64,000 bases of DNA from Felis catus (taxonomy: Eukaryota), in the NCBI RefSeq assembly GCF_018350175.1, contig NC_058368.1, positions 214,956,001 to 215,020,000 on the forward strand, in the 5' to 3' direction. A program made the position numbers and the translations under genes. This document shows, piece by piece, positions 51,611 to 64,000 of the stretch. The notes beneath the pieces were generated by a model, which was not told the DNA's origin, made no database searches, and worked only from the letters and a program-made list of their open reading frames with translations. The stretch's first letter is position 1, and every line of letters starts with the position of its first letter.

Positions 51611-54068
51611 AAATAATAATATTAGAAAAGAGGAACTGTTTAAAAGTTAATGTTTTGAGGTTACACCTAAAGAAGTTAAAAAAGGATGACAAGCCCAACA
51701 GAAGTAAATGAAAGTATTTAAAAAAAGAAGAAATCAATTCATTTGAAAAAAAATAATAATGTAAACAAGTAAAAAGTGGGTTTTTAAAATGATTAAGAAA
51801 AATGAAAAATCTGTAGCCATGTTAACCAATAAAATAGATTAACACATATTATCAAAATCAGGGATTATAGAAAGGACACCATGAGAAAGTATTTAGATAT
51901 TGGCAACATAATAAGGAAATATTATGTATAGCTAGTGACAATAATCTCAACAATTTATATAAAATAGACTACTTTCTTAAAAGGTGCAACTTGCCAAACC
52001 TTATATGGGATAATTAGAATATTTGAATAGCCATATACTTATTAGAAAAACTGAATGTATTATCAAAAATCTTCCCACTAAAATATCCCATGCAAAGTTA
52101 AGTTTGCTAGTTGACTCTATCAAATTTTAATGGAGAAAAAAATGCCAGTCTAACATAATTTTTTTTCAGAATAGAAAAGAAAAAAAAACACTTTTTAAAT
52201 TATTTATGAGGCTAGCATATCTTTGATACTAAAACTTGAAAAAGCTATTACAAAAAAAGAACACAGCTAATTACAGATGATTTTTTCTAGCAAAGACTAA
52301 ACTTTATTAATTTTTATGTAAAAAGTTGCGAAATTTTAGTGACTTGAATCCAGAAGTTATATGTATTAAAAACATACAGAGAGAAATCACACAGAGAGAA
52401 GTATATAGGTTATATAGAGAAATATATAGAGAAAGTATATGTATCACATAAAAATATTTATTAAAATGACCAAAGCGGTTTATTTCAGCAAGACAGGACT
52501 TATTTCCTATTCAAAAATTGATGTAATTGAATATGTTAACAGGAAAAAATGATATAATCTCAGTAGGCATAGAAATTGTGTTTAACAAAGTTTACACTAA
52601 TTCATGATACAAGGTCTCATTACATTAATAATGAAAGGATCTTAGTTGATCCAATAAAGGCCATCTATGAAAAACCTACAGCTAACGTTATATTTAAGAG
52701 TGAAATATTGAACATTATTCTCCAAAGATCCAAAACCAGGCAGAGATGTCTAATGTCTTAACTTTTAGTCAGTCTTGTAGTAGACATCCTAACCAACAAT
52801 TAAGGCTAGCAAAAAAACCATAAAGTCATAAAGGTTAGGAAAAAGAAAGTAAAATTGTTTTTATAAACAAAAGACGATAATACTAAGGATCTACAGAAAA
52901 GTCGTAACAGAAATAAGTGATTTGGCAGCCAAAACATTCTGAAAAGAAAAAGTGGGGGGAACTGCACTAATCTGATTTCAAAGCTAACTGTATAGCTCCA
53001 GCAGTCAAAACAAGGTGGAGATCACATACATGAATAATAGAGAAAATGAGTAATGGATAGTAGATTTTATAGCATATGATTTTGGAACATTTGAAAATGC
53101 ATATCAAAAACAAAGTAAACATGAACTCTTCCTTACACTGCAGAGAAAAATTAATTTGGAATGGATCATAGATCAGAATGTAAAAGTTAAAACTATTTTA
53201 AAAAATTAGAAGAAAACAAAAGATTAAACCTTTGAGACTTGGAGTAGGCAAAGAATAACAACACAATATGAATTAGACATTATTAAAAATATACCTTAAA
53301 AAGGCAACATTAGAATTATGAAGAGATAAGCCACGTACATGGGGAAAATATCACAAGATATATATCTGACCAAGGATTTCAATCCAGAATCTATAAAGAA
53401 TTCTTACAATTAAATAATAAAAATGTAAAACAAATAATATATAAACATGGGCAAAATATTTGAGTAGATGATGTAGGAAAGGAGAGATCCTGATGGACCA
53501 CAAACACATGAAGTGATGTTTAATGTTATTAAGCTGGAGGGAGAATCAAGTAAAATAGTCATTTTGGAAAGCAGTTTGGCAATTTCTTATACGTTACATA
53601 CACTTATTTGATCAGTCATTCTCCAGTATATTTACCCAAGAGAAAGGAACACGCATCTGCACAAAAACTTCTATGTGAAATTCATAGTGGCTATATCTGT
53701 AATACCCAAAATTGGGAAAAAACAAAACAAAGCAAAACAAATGTCCATCAATACATGAATGAGTAAAAAATTGTGTTATATCATTAAGCAATAAATGGGA
53801 ATCAACTACTATTATATGCAAAATGTGAATTAATCTCAAATCAGTATTCTTAGCAAAACTACCAGGCACAGAAAAATACACTCTCTGTGATCCCATTTAC
53901 ATAAGGCTATGGCAGATAAAACTCACTCCGGTGGTAGGTATCAGAATAGTGACTATTGGGGTGCAGCCCATTGACAATAAAAGATGCATGAGAGAACTAT
54001 CTGGGGTAAAGGAGAGGTGGTGCTGGTTACTTTGACTTATATACTTGTCAAAACTCATCAAAGCCTAT

Positions 54069-54070
54069 GC

Positions 54071-54140
<70 letters not shown>

Positions 54141-54230
54141 ATGTGTGTGTATATATATATATATGTGTGTGTGTGTATATATATATGTGTGTATATATAT
54201 ATGTATATATATGTGTGTGTATATATATAT
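54069..54230. repeat. (TG)n/(TA)n compound microsatellite
   Basis: Direct reading; source of several spurious ORFs. Confidence 0.97.
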
Positions 54231-55931
54231 GGTGTACATTTTGCTTTCTGTGAATTTATACATAAACATTTAAAAATGAAATTATTCATTTCATTCGTTC
54301 ATCATTCATTATTCATTATTTTCATCTCACTGGAAAAGGAGAGAAAGAATGCAAGATGAAACACAGAAAATCATAAATAGATAAAATGTCAAGTCTGTGT
54401 ATGTGCAATGAGGAAGGAAGGACTATTTACAAACTGTAATATTACTGTAGAAGTATGTGGCATTAATTCTACCTGCTCATCAAAACATGTCAGAGACATG
54501 AAGGCCAGTGTGTATACTGATAAAAATATATATGTATCCATGTTCTTCCCTAAGAACAGCTGTTGATGTTAGCGAATAATCTTTAGTTCATCCGTGTTTT
54601 GAAATTTCCTCGAACTTGCAATGTGAGAGGAAATTTTATAGGGTGTTAAAGTACTAATGTTGTAGGAGTTTGATTTCATTTGGGGAATATTAGTTAGGTG
54701 ATTAGCACATTTTTAAGTTTGCCTGTTTTTGTTTTGTTTTGTTTTTTTTTGTTTCATGTGGAGTGTTCGACAAGACATTACACTTCATCCAGTAGCTAAA
54801 TTGTCATAAGAAAAGAAATCAATTTGTCATGAAATTTAACCATCCCTTCTTTAAAAGTTAATCACTCTCCACACAATCCAGTCTATGAGTTTCTGTGAGG
54901 TCTCAGTGAAAGCATTCTGAAAGTTACCCAACAGGAGTGGTTTATAAATATATAAAAAGATATGTTTGATTGAGAGAAGGGCTGTTTGCACTTGGAGTAT
55001 AAATAGTCCATAAATAGTAGAAGTGGTTTTTTTTTCCAATTTTGTGGAAAAAACTGTGTCCCTGCATGGTTGAAAATGTTGTGAGATATTAAGACCAAAG
55101 AATAGCTTTTGAGATTGAATCCTATCAGACATCTTATCCATTTCTTACTCTCAAAGACCTGAACACACGAACCAGAAGTATTTATTCCTGTTCACCAAGT
55201 GGAAATCACAAGGAATGACAGCACACACTCTTGTGGGTATCCTCAACTGCAAAAATGAGCTCTGAGCGAATACCTACCAAATCACTGAGGTGTGTGCCAG
55301 GACCATCAGAGGCAACAAATCTTCAGGCCCAAAGAAAAATGGATATTGAAAGCATGTGCGATGAATTCATTCAGAGATTTAAGTTAGGGTGCCGCATCTA
55401 CAACGTAAACAATTGGCAGTTAATAGAAGAATTTATTGGAGATCTTGGAAATGAAAAATATAATTACTGAATTAAAAAAAATTAATACGTGGGTTAAGTA
55501 GTAGAATGCATAGAGCTGAACAAAAATTAATGATGTGGAAAATTAGAGGGAGGAATTTCCTCAGCATGTATGTAGCATCCTGGGATAAAATGCAAAGTAA
55601 ATAGGAGAAGAAAAGTGGTAAGACGAGATACAGAGGTGCTAACCTCTCTCCGGCAGAATTTTGGAGTAGAGAATAAATATAAAGATAACAATGCAGGTAT
55701 GGAAGACATGAAAGCTGGGAGTGTCCTACAATGTTAACAAGGAGAGGATCCTCAGATTACAAGAAAAAAAAAACTGCCCATTTTGAAACATTGTGATAAT
55801 TTGTTTCAAGACAGAAAATCCTATAGCAGAGTGAAGATGTAAGTTACCTACAGAGCAATAAGAATCAGACTGACTTCACAATTAGTTTCATCAATATTAA
55901 GAAAACAATGAGCAGATTCTAAAAAATTTTT

Positions 55932-56156
55932 ATTTATTTTTAAAAATTTTTTTAACATTTATTTATTTTTGAGACAGAGAGAGACAGAGCATGAGCAGGG
56001 GAGGGGCAGAGAGAGAGGGAGACACAGAATCGGAAACAGGCTCCAGGCTCTGAGCTGTCAGCCCAGAGCCGGACACGGAGCTCAAACTCACGGACCGCGA
56101 GATCATGAACTGAGCCGAAGTCGGACGCCCAACCGACTAAGCCACCCAGGCGCCCC
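55932..56156 (-). mobile_element. Can-SINE within an old L1 ORF1-like remnant (~55300-56520, +)
   Basis: Reverse SINE; TSD about TCTAAAAAA(A)TTTT. Confidence 0.95.
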
Positions 56157-56548
56157 TCTAAAAAAATTTTAAAGGAAAACATGATTGTGTAAATTCCACC
56201 TCCAAATTGTTTTGTACCCCACAAGTTGAATGATGAATAAAACAGTCAGTAAAATACCTAACACATTTAACTCCACCAGACTCTCCCTGAAAGTCTCTAG
56301 AAAATGTACTTCCTTAAAGATGAATAGATAGAACCGAAAGAAAGAAAATAGACTAAACACACACATAATGTTAAGCAAATAAATTAGCTCATTTTTGTAC
56401 AAATAAACATTTAAAAGAATACATGTTTTTCTACTGATCTAGTAGCTAGACGTAGAGTATGGGGTGGGAGTGATAGAAGGAAGTAAAATCACAGTGAGGT
56501 GGCTTGCTTTGAGAGATAATGTTCTTATGTTCTTTAAAATGTGTTACC

Positions 56549-57035
56549 ATGATTAGTTTTGGCTGAGAGTAAAAGAAACTCAAAATAGCAATGGTTTAAG
56601 CAAGGATGATATTTCTTTTTCTCATATGAATGTCTACACTTAGTTCAGAGCTCTTTGATGGATCTGTTCTACTCCTTCCCCAGGGAACTAATTTCCATCT
56701 CTCTTGTCCTCCATATCCAGGATTTTCAATTCACCCTATGGCCTCAGGTATTGGGTCCACTTCCAAATGTACACTATAGTCCATCCAGCAAGAATTAGGG
56801 AAGGAAAAATAAAGAGGTGGGGCATGGGGCACTTCAGTTGCCTTTGAAGGAAGTCTACACAAGATGCTTTAGCTTCAGTCTCCTTGGCAAGACTTTAGTC
56901 CAATGGCTCAGTAACATAGACTTGCACTGTGGTCTTTGGGTGACTGTTCACTTATCTAAACATCGGAGGATATATTACTATGGAAGAGAACAGTTACTGC
57001 AGCACAATGCCAGCACAACAGCTCTCTTTGCCACA
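56549..57035 (-). mobile_element. Old MaLR LTR (MLT1-type)
   Basis: TTAGTTTTGGCTG...AATGGTTTAAGCAAG start and CTCTTTGCCACA end. Confidence 0.6.
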
Positions 57036-57403
57036 ATGTCAAACAAGGAAAGGAGGAAAAAATAGAACAAAAGTTTGATTAATTCGATGGAAGACTGAAA
57101 GGCACAGACAGGAAGCAAAAAGAAAACATGATATATGAAAACCATAGACAGACTATGGAAATTATCCTCAAGGACATGTCTAAGTTTTTAATACCACTTA
57201 TTTTCCCTGCAGCATTTAGCATTGCTTATTTTTCTGTATTTGTTTCTTCCCACAAATCTTGGGACTCTATTTCAATTCTCTCCACAAAACTGTGAGCAAC
57301 TTGAGGTAAGTAATAATATTTTACTGTTCCTGCCATCATTTCTTTAACATAGCAGGCACTCAATGAACATTAGTTTAATGATAATTAGAATAGGTAAGCG
57401 TCT

Positions 57404-57606
57404 GGGGTGCCTCGGTGGCTCAGTCAGTTAAATGTCCAACTCTTGGTTTCAGCTCTGGACATGATCTCATGGTTTGTGTGTTCAAACCCGCATCAGGCTC
57501 TCTGCTGTTCAGCACAGAGCCCACTTCAGATCCTCTGTCTCCCTCTCTCTCTGCCCCTCCCTCGTTCACTCTCTGTCTCACAAAAATAAATAAACATTAA
57601 AAAAAA
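57404..57606 (+). mobile_element. Can-SINE
   Basis: TSD AGAATAGGTAAG(C/T)GT(C/T)T. Confidence 0.93.
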
Positions 57607-57986
57607 AGAATAGGTAAGTGTTTGAGAGATTGGGTTTAAGAAAGAAAGGCACATCTCACTTATTATTACTTAGAAATCGACAGAGAAGGGGCCATGCCAT
57701 TTAAGCCTCTTTAGCATCAATGGTGCCTATTTTTCAAGGGACAAATTAAAAAGATTTTGTAGTCCAGTGGATAAACAAGTTTTTTTTTTTTAATCTAGAT
57801 TATAAAGTAATCTGGAGGACTGGAGTAGAAATGAAAATTAAAGGAAATGTTTAAGCAACAGTAGAGACGTGTCAAAACTCATTTGAAAGGGAAGTGCCTT
57901 GAAAGGGAACTGGTTTCAGTTAAGCATCAGAATAAAGAATGATACTGATCGACTTAATTCCATTGGATAAAATAAGAATCAATGAT

Positions 57987-58327
57987 TTCATAGTTGGCCA
58001 GGGCTGCCATAACAAAGTATTACAGACTGGGTGGTTTAAATCATAAACTCTTATTTTCTCATAATTCTAGAAGCTACAAGTACGAGATTAATGTATTGGA
58101 AAGGTTGGTCTCTTTTGAGGCCTCTCTCTTTGGTGGCTTGTAGATGGCTGTCTTCTCCCTTGATCTTTAATTTTCCCTGTGTGAAATGTCTGTATAATAT
58201 TGGTGTGATTGTGTGTGTGTGTATATATATATATGTACATATATATATGTATATATATGTGTATATATGTATATATGTATATATATGTGTATATATATAT
58301 GTACATATATATATGTACATATATATG

Positions 58328-58361
<34 letters not shown>

Positions 58362-58646
58362 ATCACACCAATATTATATATATATACACACACACACACA
58401 CATATATATATATACACACATATATATATATATATATACTATCTGTAGTGGGTGTGTGTGTGTGTGTGTATACACAGTATCTATATATTGATATAATCTC
58501 AGTAACATTGGATTAGGACTCACCTATATGAACTCATTTTAATTTAGCTCTTTAAATATCCTATCCACACATAATGTCACCTTCTGAAATATTGAAGCTT
58601 AAGATTTCAACAAGAAATTTTAGGATAACACAATTCAGCCCATAAT
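57987..58646 (-). mobile_element. MaLR LTR (MLT1B-like) with internal microsatellite/palindrome
   Basis: AGGGCTGCCATAACAAAGTATTACAGACTGGGTGG start; ACACAATTCAGCCCATAA end. Confidence 0.85.
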
Positions 58647-58935
58647 AAATTTAAAGGAAGATTCTTTAGCAAAATACCAATTGAAAGAAATATGTATAAA
58701 AATGACTGAAATAGAAAATCTCCATTTGGCAATTATCTCAGTGATTATTGATTTAGATGATAGTTGTCAATAGAGGCCAAGGTGCGTGGGTGGTTTTATG
58801 AGGAACTGAAGAACAGGAAATTGGTTTAATATTAGGATATTTCCCCCACAATAATAATATTCAGTTTCAAAAGGGAAAATGGTAACATTTTAGTGAAAAG
58901 ACCTGAAGAACACCAATATGTCCAGGTGCTCAAGA

Positions 58936-59118
58936 TTTTTTTATTTATTTTTAAGTTTATTTATTTTGAGGGAATGGCAGAGAGAGAGGCAGAGAGACTA
59001 GCCCAAGTGGGCTCTGTGACATCAGCACAGAGGGGCTAGATCTCACACATCGTGAGATCATGACCTGAGTTAAGATCAAGGATCAGATGCTTAACTGACT
59101 GAACCACCCAAGTGCCTC
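58936..59118 (-). mobile_element. Older Can-SINE
   Basis: Diverged reverse SINE; CTCAAG on both flanks. Confidence 0.85.
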
Positions 59119-59326
59119 TGAATACTCAAGGTTAACACCACTTCTGATGAGACAGGTCACCAGTGTCCATGGATATGATGCATCAGGAACAGCATAATTT
59201 TGGTGATATTCTTGCAAAAGAAGCATGGCTTCATCAGAACTCTTGTATTGAAGAAACATTGGATGGATCCAAGTTGAAAGATTTGATATAGAGAATAGGT
59301 CTGCATTCTTTAATAATGGGTACAGG

Positions 59327-59540
59327 GGGGCGCCTGGGTGGCGCAGTCGGTTAAGCGTCCGACTTCAGCCAGGTCACGATCTCGTGGTCCGTGAGTTCGA
59401 GCCCTGCGTCGGGCTCTGGGCTGATGGCTCAGAGCCTGGAGCCTGTTTCCGATTCTGTGTCTCCCTCTCTCTCTGCCCCTCCCCCGTTCATGCTCTGTCA
59501 CTCTCTGTCCCAAAAATAAATAAAAAAACGTTGGAAAAAA
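59327..59540 (+). mobile_element. Young Can-SINE (SINEC_Fc-like)
   Basis: 15-bp TSD AATAATGGGTACAGG at 59312-59326 and 59541-59555. Confidence 0.97.
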
Positions 59541-60442
59541 AATAATGGGTACAGGAAAATTGAAGAAAACTGAGGGACAATTCCATTTTGAGGAAAATGA
59601 GAGAAAAGACAATTAAATGTAACCTGTACTTTATGGTATACTGAACCATAAAGGAAAATATCTTGTTGGGACCAGGGAAAACACATATGTGGTCTGTGGA
59701 TTGGATACTAGTACATATCAACACTGATTTCCCCAACTGGAAGATTATATGAGGACGATTAGGAGAATGTCTTTGTTTTGGGGGAAAACACTAAAGTATT
59801 AACAACTTGCTGTCAAATGATTCAGAAAAAGACCAACTGATGATATCGTATGTGTGTGTATTTGTTTGTATATGAAAAATGTCATTAAATGCTAAAAATT
59901 GGGAAATATCAGTGAAAAAAGATATGATAAAATCTTTGTATTGTATTTAGAAATCTTTATATATTTTTTACGTCTTTAAAATAAAACTTCTAGTCAGTGT
60001 ACTTTTCTTACCAATCTTTGCCACAAATTCATCAACTAATACAAGGGAATTTTGTTTTAAGGTATTTTTCTTAACTTAGAGCAATTCAGTAACTTCAAGA
60101 TTCTGTCCAACTTCTGCTTAATGAGACTAATTAGACCAAAGTTAAAAACATTTCATAAATTATTCATTGAAATTTAGTATTAATTATATAATCATCCAAA
60201 CCGATGCATTGTTGTCAGATCTTACTGAAATAAAAAACATCATAGTTTTAAATAGGTATAACAAATTCATTAGGAAAAGTGCTAGAATTCCTGATTGTTG
60301 TTTTTTTAATTTTGCATGATTTTATTGTTGTTACTATAAAATTGGTTTAATAAAGTTAGTTTCCCAATTATGAGCTTTTTTCACTTGTTTATTTTATTAC
60401 CCTTTTTTTATCACTTTATTATTTTTTCGTTATCAATATACT

Positions 60443-63400
60443 CTTTTTTAATTTTATTTATTTATTTTTTATTATATGAAATTTATTGTCAAATTAGTTT
60501 CCATACAACATCCAGTGCTCATCCCAAAAGATGCCCTCTTCAATGCCCATCACCTACCCTCCCCTCACTCCCACCCCCCATCAACCCTCAGTTTGTTCTC
60601 AGTTTTTAAGAGTCTCCTATGCATTGGCTCTCTCCCCCTCTAACCTCTTTTTTTTCTTTTTTTTTTCCTTCCCCTCCCCCATGGGTTTCTGTTAAGTTTC
60701 TCAGGATCCACATAAGAGTGAAAACATATGGTATCTGTCTTTCTCTGTATGGCTTATTTCACTTAGTATAAGACTCTCCAGTTCCATCCATGTTGCTACA
60801 AAGGGCCATATTTCATTCTTTCTCATTGCCACATAATACTCCATTGTGTATATAAACCACAATTTCTTTATCCATTCATCAGTTGATGGACATTTAGGCT
60901 CTTTCCATAATTTGGCTATTGTTGAGAGTGCTGCTATAAACATTGGGGTACAAGTGCCCCTATGCATCAGTACTCCTGTATCCCTTGGGTAAATTCCTAG
61001 CAGTGCTATTGCTGGGTCATAGAGTAGGTCTATTTTTAATTTTTTGAGGAACCTTCACACTGTTTTCCAGAGTGGCTGCACCAGTTTACTTTCCCACCAA
61101 CAGTGCAAGAGGGTTTCCGTTTCTCCACATCCTCTCCAGCATCTATAGTCTCCTGATTTGTTCATTTTGGCCACTCTGGCGTGAGGTGATACCTGAGTGT
61201 GGTTTTGATTTGTATTTCCCTGATAAGGAGCGACGCTGAACATCTTTTCATGTGCCTGTTGGCCATCCGGATGTCTTCTTTAGAAGTGTCTATTCATGTT
61301 TTCTGCCCATTTCTTCACTGGATTATTTGTTTTTTGGGTGTGGAGTTTGGTGAGCTCTTTATAGATTTTGGATACTAGCCCTTTGTCCGATATGTCATTT
61401 GTAAATGTATTTTCCCATTCCATTGGTTGCCTTTTAGTTTTGTTGATTGTTTCCTTTGCTGTGCAGAAGCTTTTTATCTTCATGAGGTCCCAATAGTTCA
61501 TTTTTGCTTTTAATTCCCTTGCCTTTGGGGATGTGTCAAGTAAGAAATTGCTGCAGCTGAGGTCAGAGAGGTCTTTTCCTGCTTTCTCCTCTAGGGTTTT
61601 GATGGTTTCCTGTCTCACATTTAAGTCCTTTATCCATTTTGAGTTAATTTTTGTGAATGGTGTAAGAAAGTGGTTTAGTTTCAATCTTCTGCATGTTGCT
61701 GTCCAGTTCTCCCAGCACCATTTGTTAAAGAGACTGTCTTTTTTCCATTGGATGTTCTTTTCTGCTTTGTCAAAGATTAGTTGGCCATACTTTTGTGGGT
61801 CTAGTTCTGGGGTTTCTATTCTATTCCATTGGTCTATGTGTCTGTTTTTATGCCAATACCATGCTGTCTTGATGATTACAGCTTTGTAGTAGAAGCTAAA
61901 GTCTGGAATGTGATGCCTCCTGCTTTGGTCTTCTTCTTCAAAATTACTTTGGCTATTCGGGGCCTTTTGTGGTTCCATGTGAATTTTAGGACTGCTTGTT
62001 CTAGCTTCGAGAAGAATGCTGGTGCAATTTTGATTGGGATTGCATTGAATGTGTAGATAGCTTTGGGTAATATTGACATTTTAACAGTATATTCTTCCAA
62101 CCCATGAGCACGGAATGTTTTTCCATTTCTTTATGTCTTCTTCAATTTCCTTCATAAGCTTTCTATAGTTTTCAGCATACAGATCCTTTACATCTTTGGT
62201 TAGATTTATCCCTAGGTATTTTATGCTTCTTGGTGCAATTGTGAAGGGGATCAGTTTCTTTATTTGTTTTTCTGTTGCTTCATTATGAGGGTATAAGAAT
62301 GCAACTGATTTCTGTACATTGATTTTGTATCCTGCAACTTTGCTGAATTCATGTATCAGTTCTAGTAGACTTTTGGTGGACTCTATTGGATTTTCCATGT
62401 ATAATATCATATCTGCAAAAGGCGAAAGCTTGACTTCATCTTTGCCAATTTTGATGCTTTGATTTCCTTTTGTTGTCTAATTGCTGATGCTAGAACTTCC
62501 AACACTATGTTAAACAACAGTGGTGAGAGAGGACATCCCTGTCGTGTTCCTGATCTCAGGGGGAAAGCTCTCAGTTTTTCCCCATTGAGGATGATATTAG
62601 CTGTGAGCTTTTCATAAATGGCTTTTATGATGTTTAAGTATGTTACTTCTACCCCGACTTTCTCGAGGGTTTTTATTAAGAAAGGTTGCTGAATTTTGTC
62701 AAATGCTTTCTCTGCATCAATTGACAGGATCATATGGTTCTTATCTTTTCTTTTATTAATCTGATGTATCACATTGATTGATTTGCATATGTTGAACCAG
62801 CCCTGAATCCCAGGAATGAATCCTACTTGATCATGGTGAATAATTCTTTTTATATGCTGTTGAATTCGATTTGCTAGTATCTTATTGAGAATTTTGCATC
62901 CATATTCATCAGGGATATTGGCCTGTAGTTCTCTTTTTTTACTGGGTCTCTGTCTGGTTTAGGAATCAAAGTAATACTGGCTTCATAGAATGAATCTGGA
63001 AGTTTTCCTTCCCTTTCTATTTTTTGGAATAGCTTAAGAAGGATAGGTATTATCTCTGCTTTAAATGTCTGGTAGAATTCCCCAGGGAAGCCACCTGGTC
63101 CTGGATTCCTATTTGTTGGGAGATTTTTGATAACTGATTCAATTTCTTTGCTGGTTATGGGTCTGTTCAAGCTTTCTATTTCCTCCTGTTTGAGTTTTGG
63201 AAGTGTGTGGGTGTTCAGGAATTTGTCCATTTCTTCCAGGTTTTCCAGTTTGTTGGCATATAATTTTTCATAGTATTCCCTGATAATTGCTTGTATCGCT
63301 GAGGGATTGGTTGTAATAATTACATTTTCATTCATGATTTTATCTATTTGGGTCATTTCCCTTTCTTTTTGAGAAGCCTAGCTAGAGGTTTATCAATTTT

Positions 63401-64000
63401 GTTTATTTTTTCAAAAAACCAACTCTTGGTTTCATTGATCTGCTCTACGGTTTTTTAGATTCTATATTGTTTATTTCTGCTCTGATCTTTATTATTTCTC
63501 TTCTTCTGCTGGGTTTGGGGTGTCTTTGCTGCTCTGCTTCTATTTCCTTTAGGTGTGCTGTTAGATTTTGTATTTGGGATTTTTCTTGTTTCTTGAGATA
63601 GGCCTGGATTGCAATGTATTTTCCTCTCAGGGCTGCCTTCGCTGCATCCCAAAGCGTTTGGATTGTTGTATTTTAATTTTCGTTTGTTTCCATATATTTT
63701 TTAATTTCTTCTCTAATTGCCTGGTTGACCCATTCATCCTTTAGTAGGGTGTTCTTTAACCTCCATGCTTTTGGAGGTTTTCCAGACTTTTTCCTGTGGT
63801 TGATTTCAAGCTTCATAGCATTGTGGTCTGAAAGTATGCATGGAATGATCTCAATTCTTGTATACTTATGAAGGGCTGTTTTGTGACCCAGTATGTGATC
63901 TATCTTGGAGAATGTTCCATGTGCACTCGAGAAGAAATTATATTCTGTTGCTTTGGGATGCAGAGTTCTATATATATCTGTCAAATCCATCTGATCCAAT
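60443..64000 (-). mobile_element. Relatively young felid LINE-1 (endonuclease C-terminal part, RT, C-terminal domain, 3' UTR, poly(A)); ORF2 disrupted; continues beyond the window
   Basis: Consecutive minus-strand ORFs give ORF2 motifs [58 protein letters not shown] and [13 protein letters not shown], broken by stops and frameshifts. Confidence 0.98.

Larger units (their letters stand above)
50330..54275 (+). mobile_element. Ancient L1M element (ORF2 to 3' UTR), heavily decayed
   Basis: IKAIYEKPTANVIF...KTRQRCL at 52576-52761 matches L1 RT; colinear ORF2-like sequence from ~50870; left boundary uncertain. Confidence 0.8.
58650..59985 (+). mobile_element. L1MC-type 3' UTR remnant, split by two SINEs
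   Basis: GAAATAGAAAATCTCCATTTGGCAA, AAAGGGAAAATGGTAACATTTTAGTG and GGAGAATGTCTTTGTTTTGG motifs. Confidence 0.65.

Noticed and set aside
53984..54359. Cluster of overlapping ORFs (also 58051-58516 and 7953-8358)
   Set aside because: Stop-free translation of (TA)n/(TG)n microsatellites.
60701..63999. L1 ORF2 fragments as functional CDS
   Set aside because: Multiple stops and frameshifts and a damaged RT motif; recorded as a mobile element.
1..64000. L1 strand bias as evidence of a + strand host gene; CRISPR or other prokaryotic systems
   Set aside because: Longer young L1s are on the minus strand, but several old and short L1s are on plus, so the bias is inconclusive. There is no repeat-spacer array, operon or foreign-composition block.

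Overview
AT-rich, non-coding mammalian DNA from a felid. Several near-identical tRNA-derived Can-SINEs match the cat SINEC_Fc type, and the young LINE-1 3' UTRs are carnivore/felid-type. I can support no intact host protein-coding gene, rRNA, tRNA or CRISPR array. The longer ORFs in the track come from LINE-1 ORF2 fragments, SINEs, LTRs or (TA)/(TG) microsatellites. The window looks like a gene desert or very large intron with layered insertions: L2/MIR, ancient L1M, MaLR/ERVL LTRs, a solo LTR, about 22 Can-SINEs and a disrupted young L1 running off the right edge. Subfamily names are from memory of consensus sequences, not a database search, and boundaries of old repeats are approximate. I found no convincing new biological system. 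The best leads are a 115-bp hairpin in otherwise unique sequence (47164-47278), several + strand exon-like units including a possible 3-nt microexon or recursive splice site (34919-34921), five ultra-short TSD-flanked retro-insertions (one without a poly(A) tail, one with a mini 3' transduction), a microsatellite fold-back palindrome (58193-58378), two closely spaced inverted SINE pairs and a possible decayed retroviral pol fossil.
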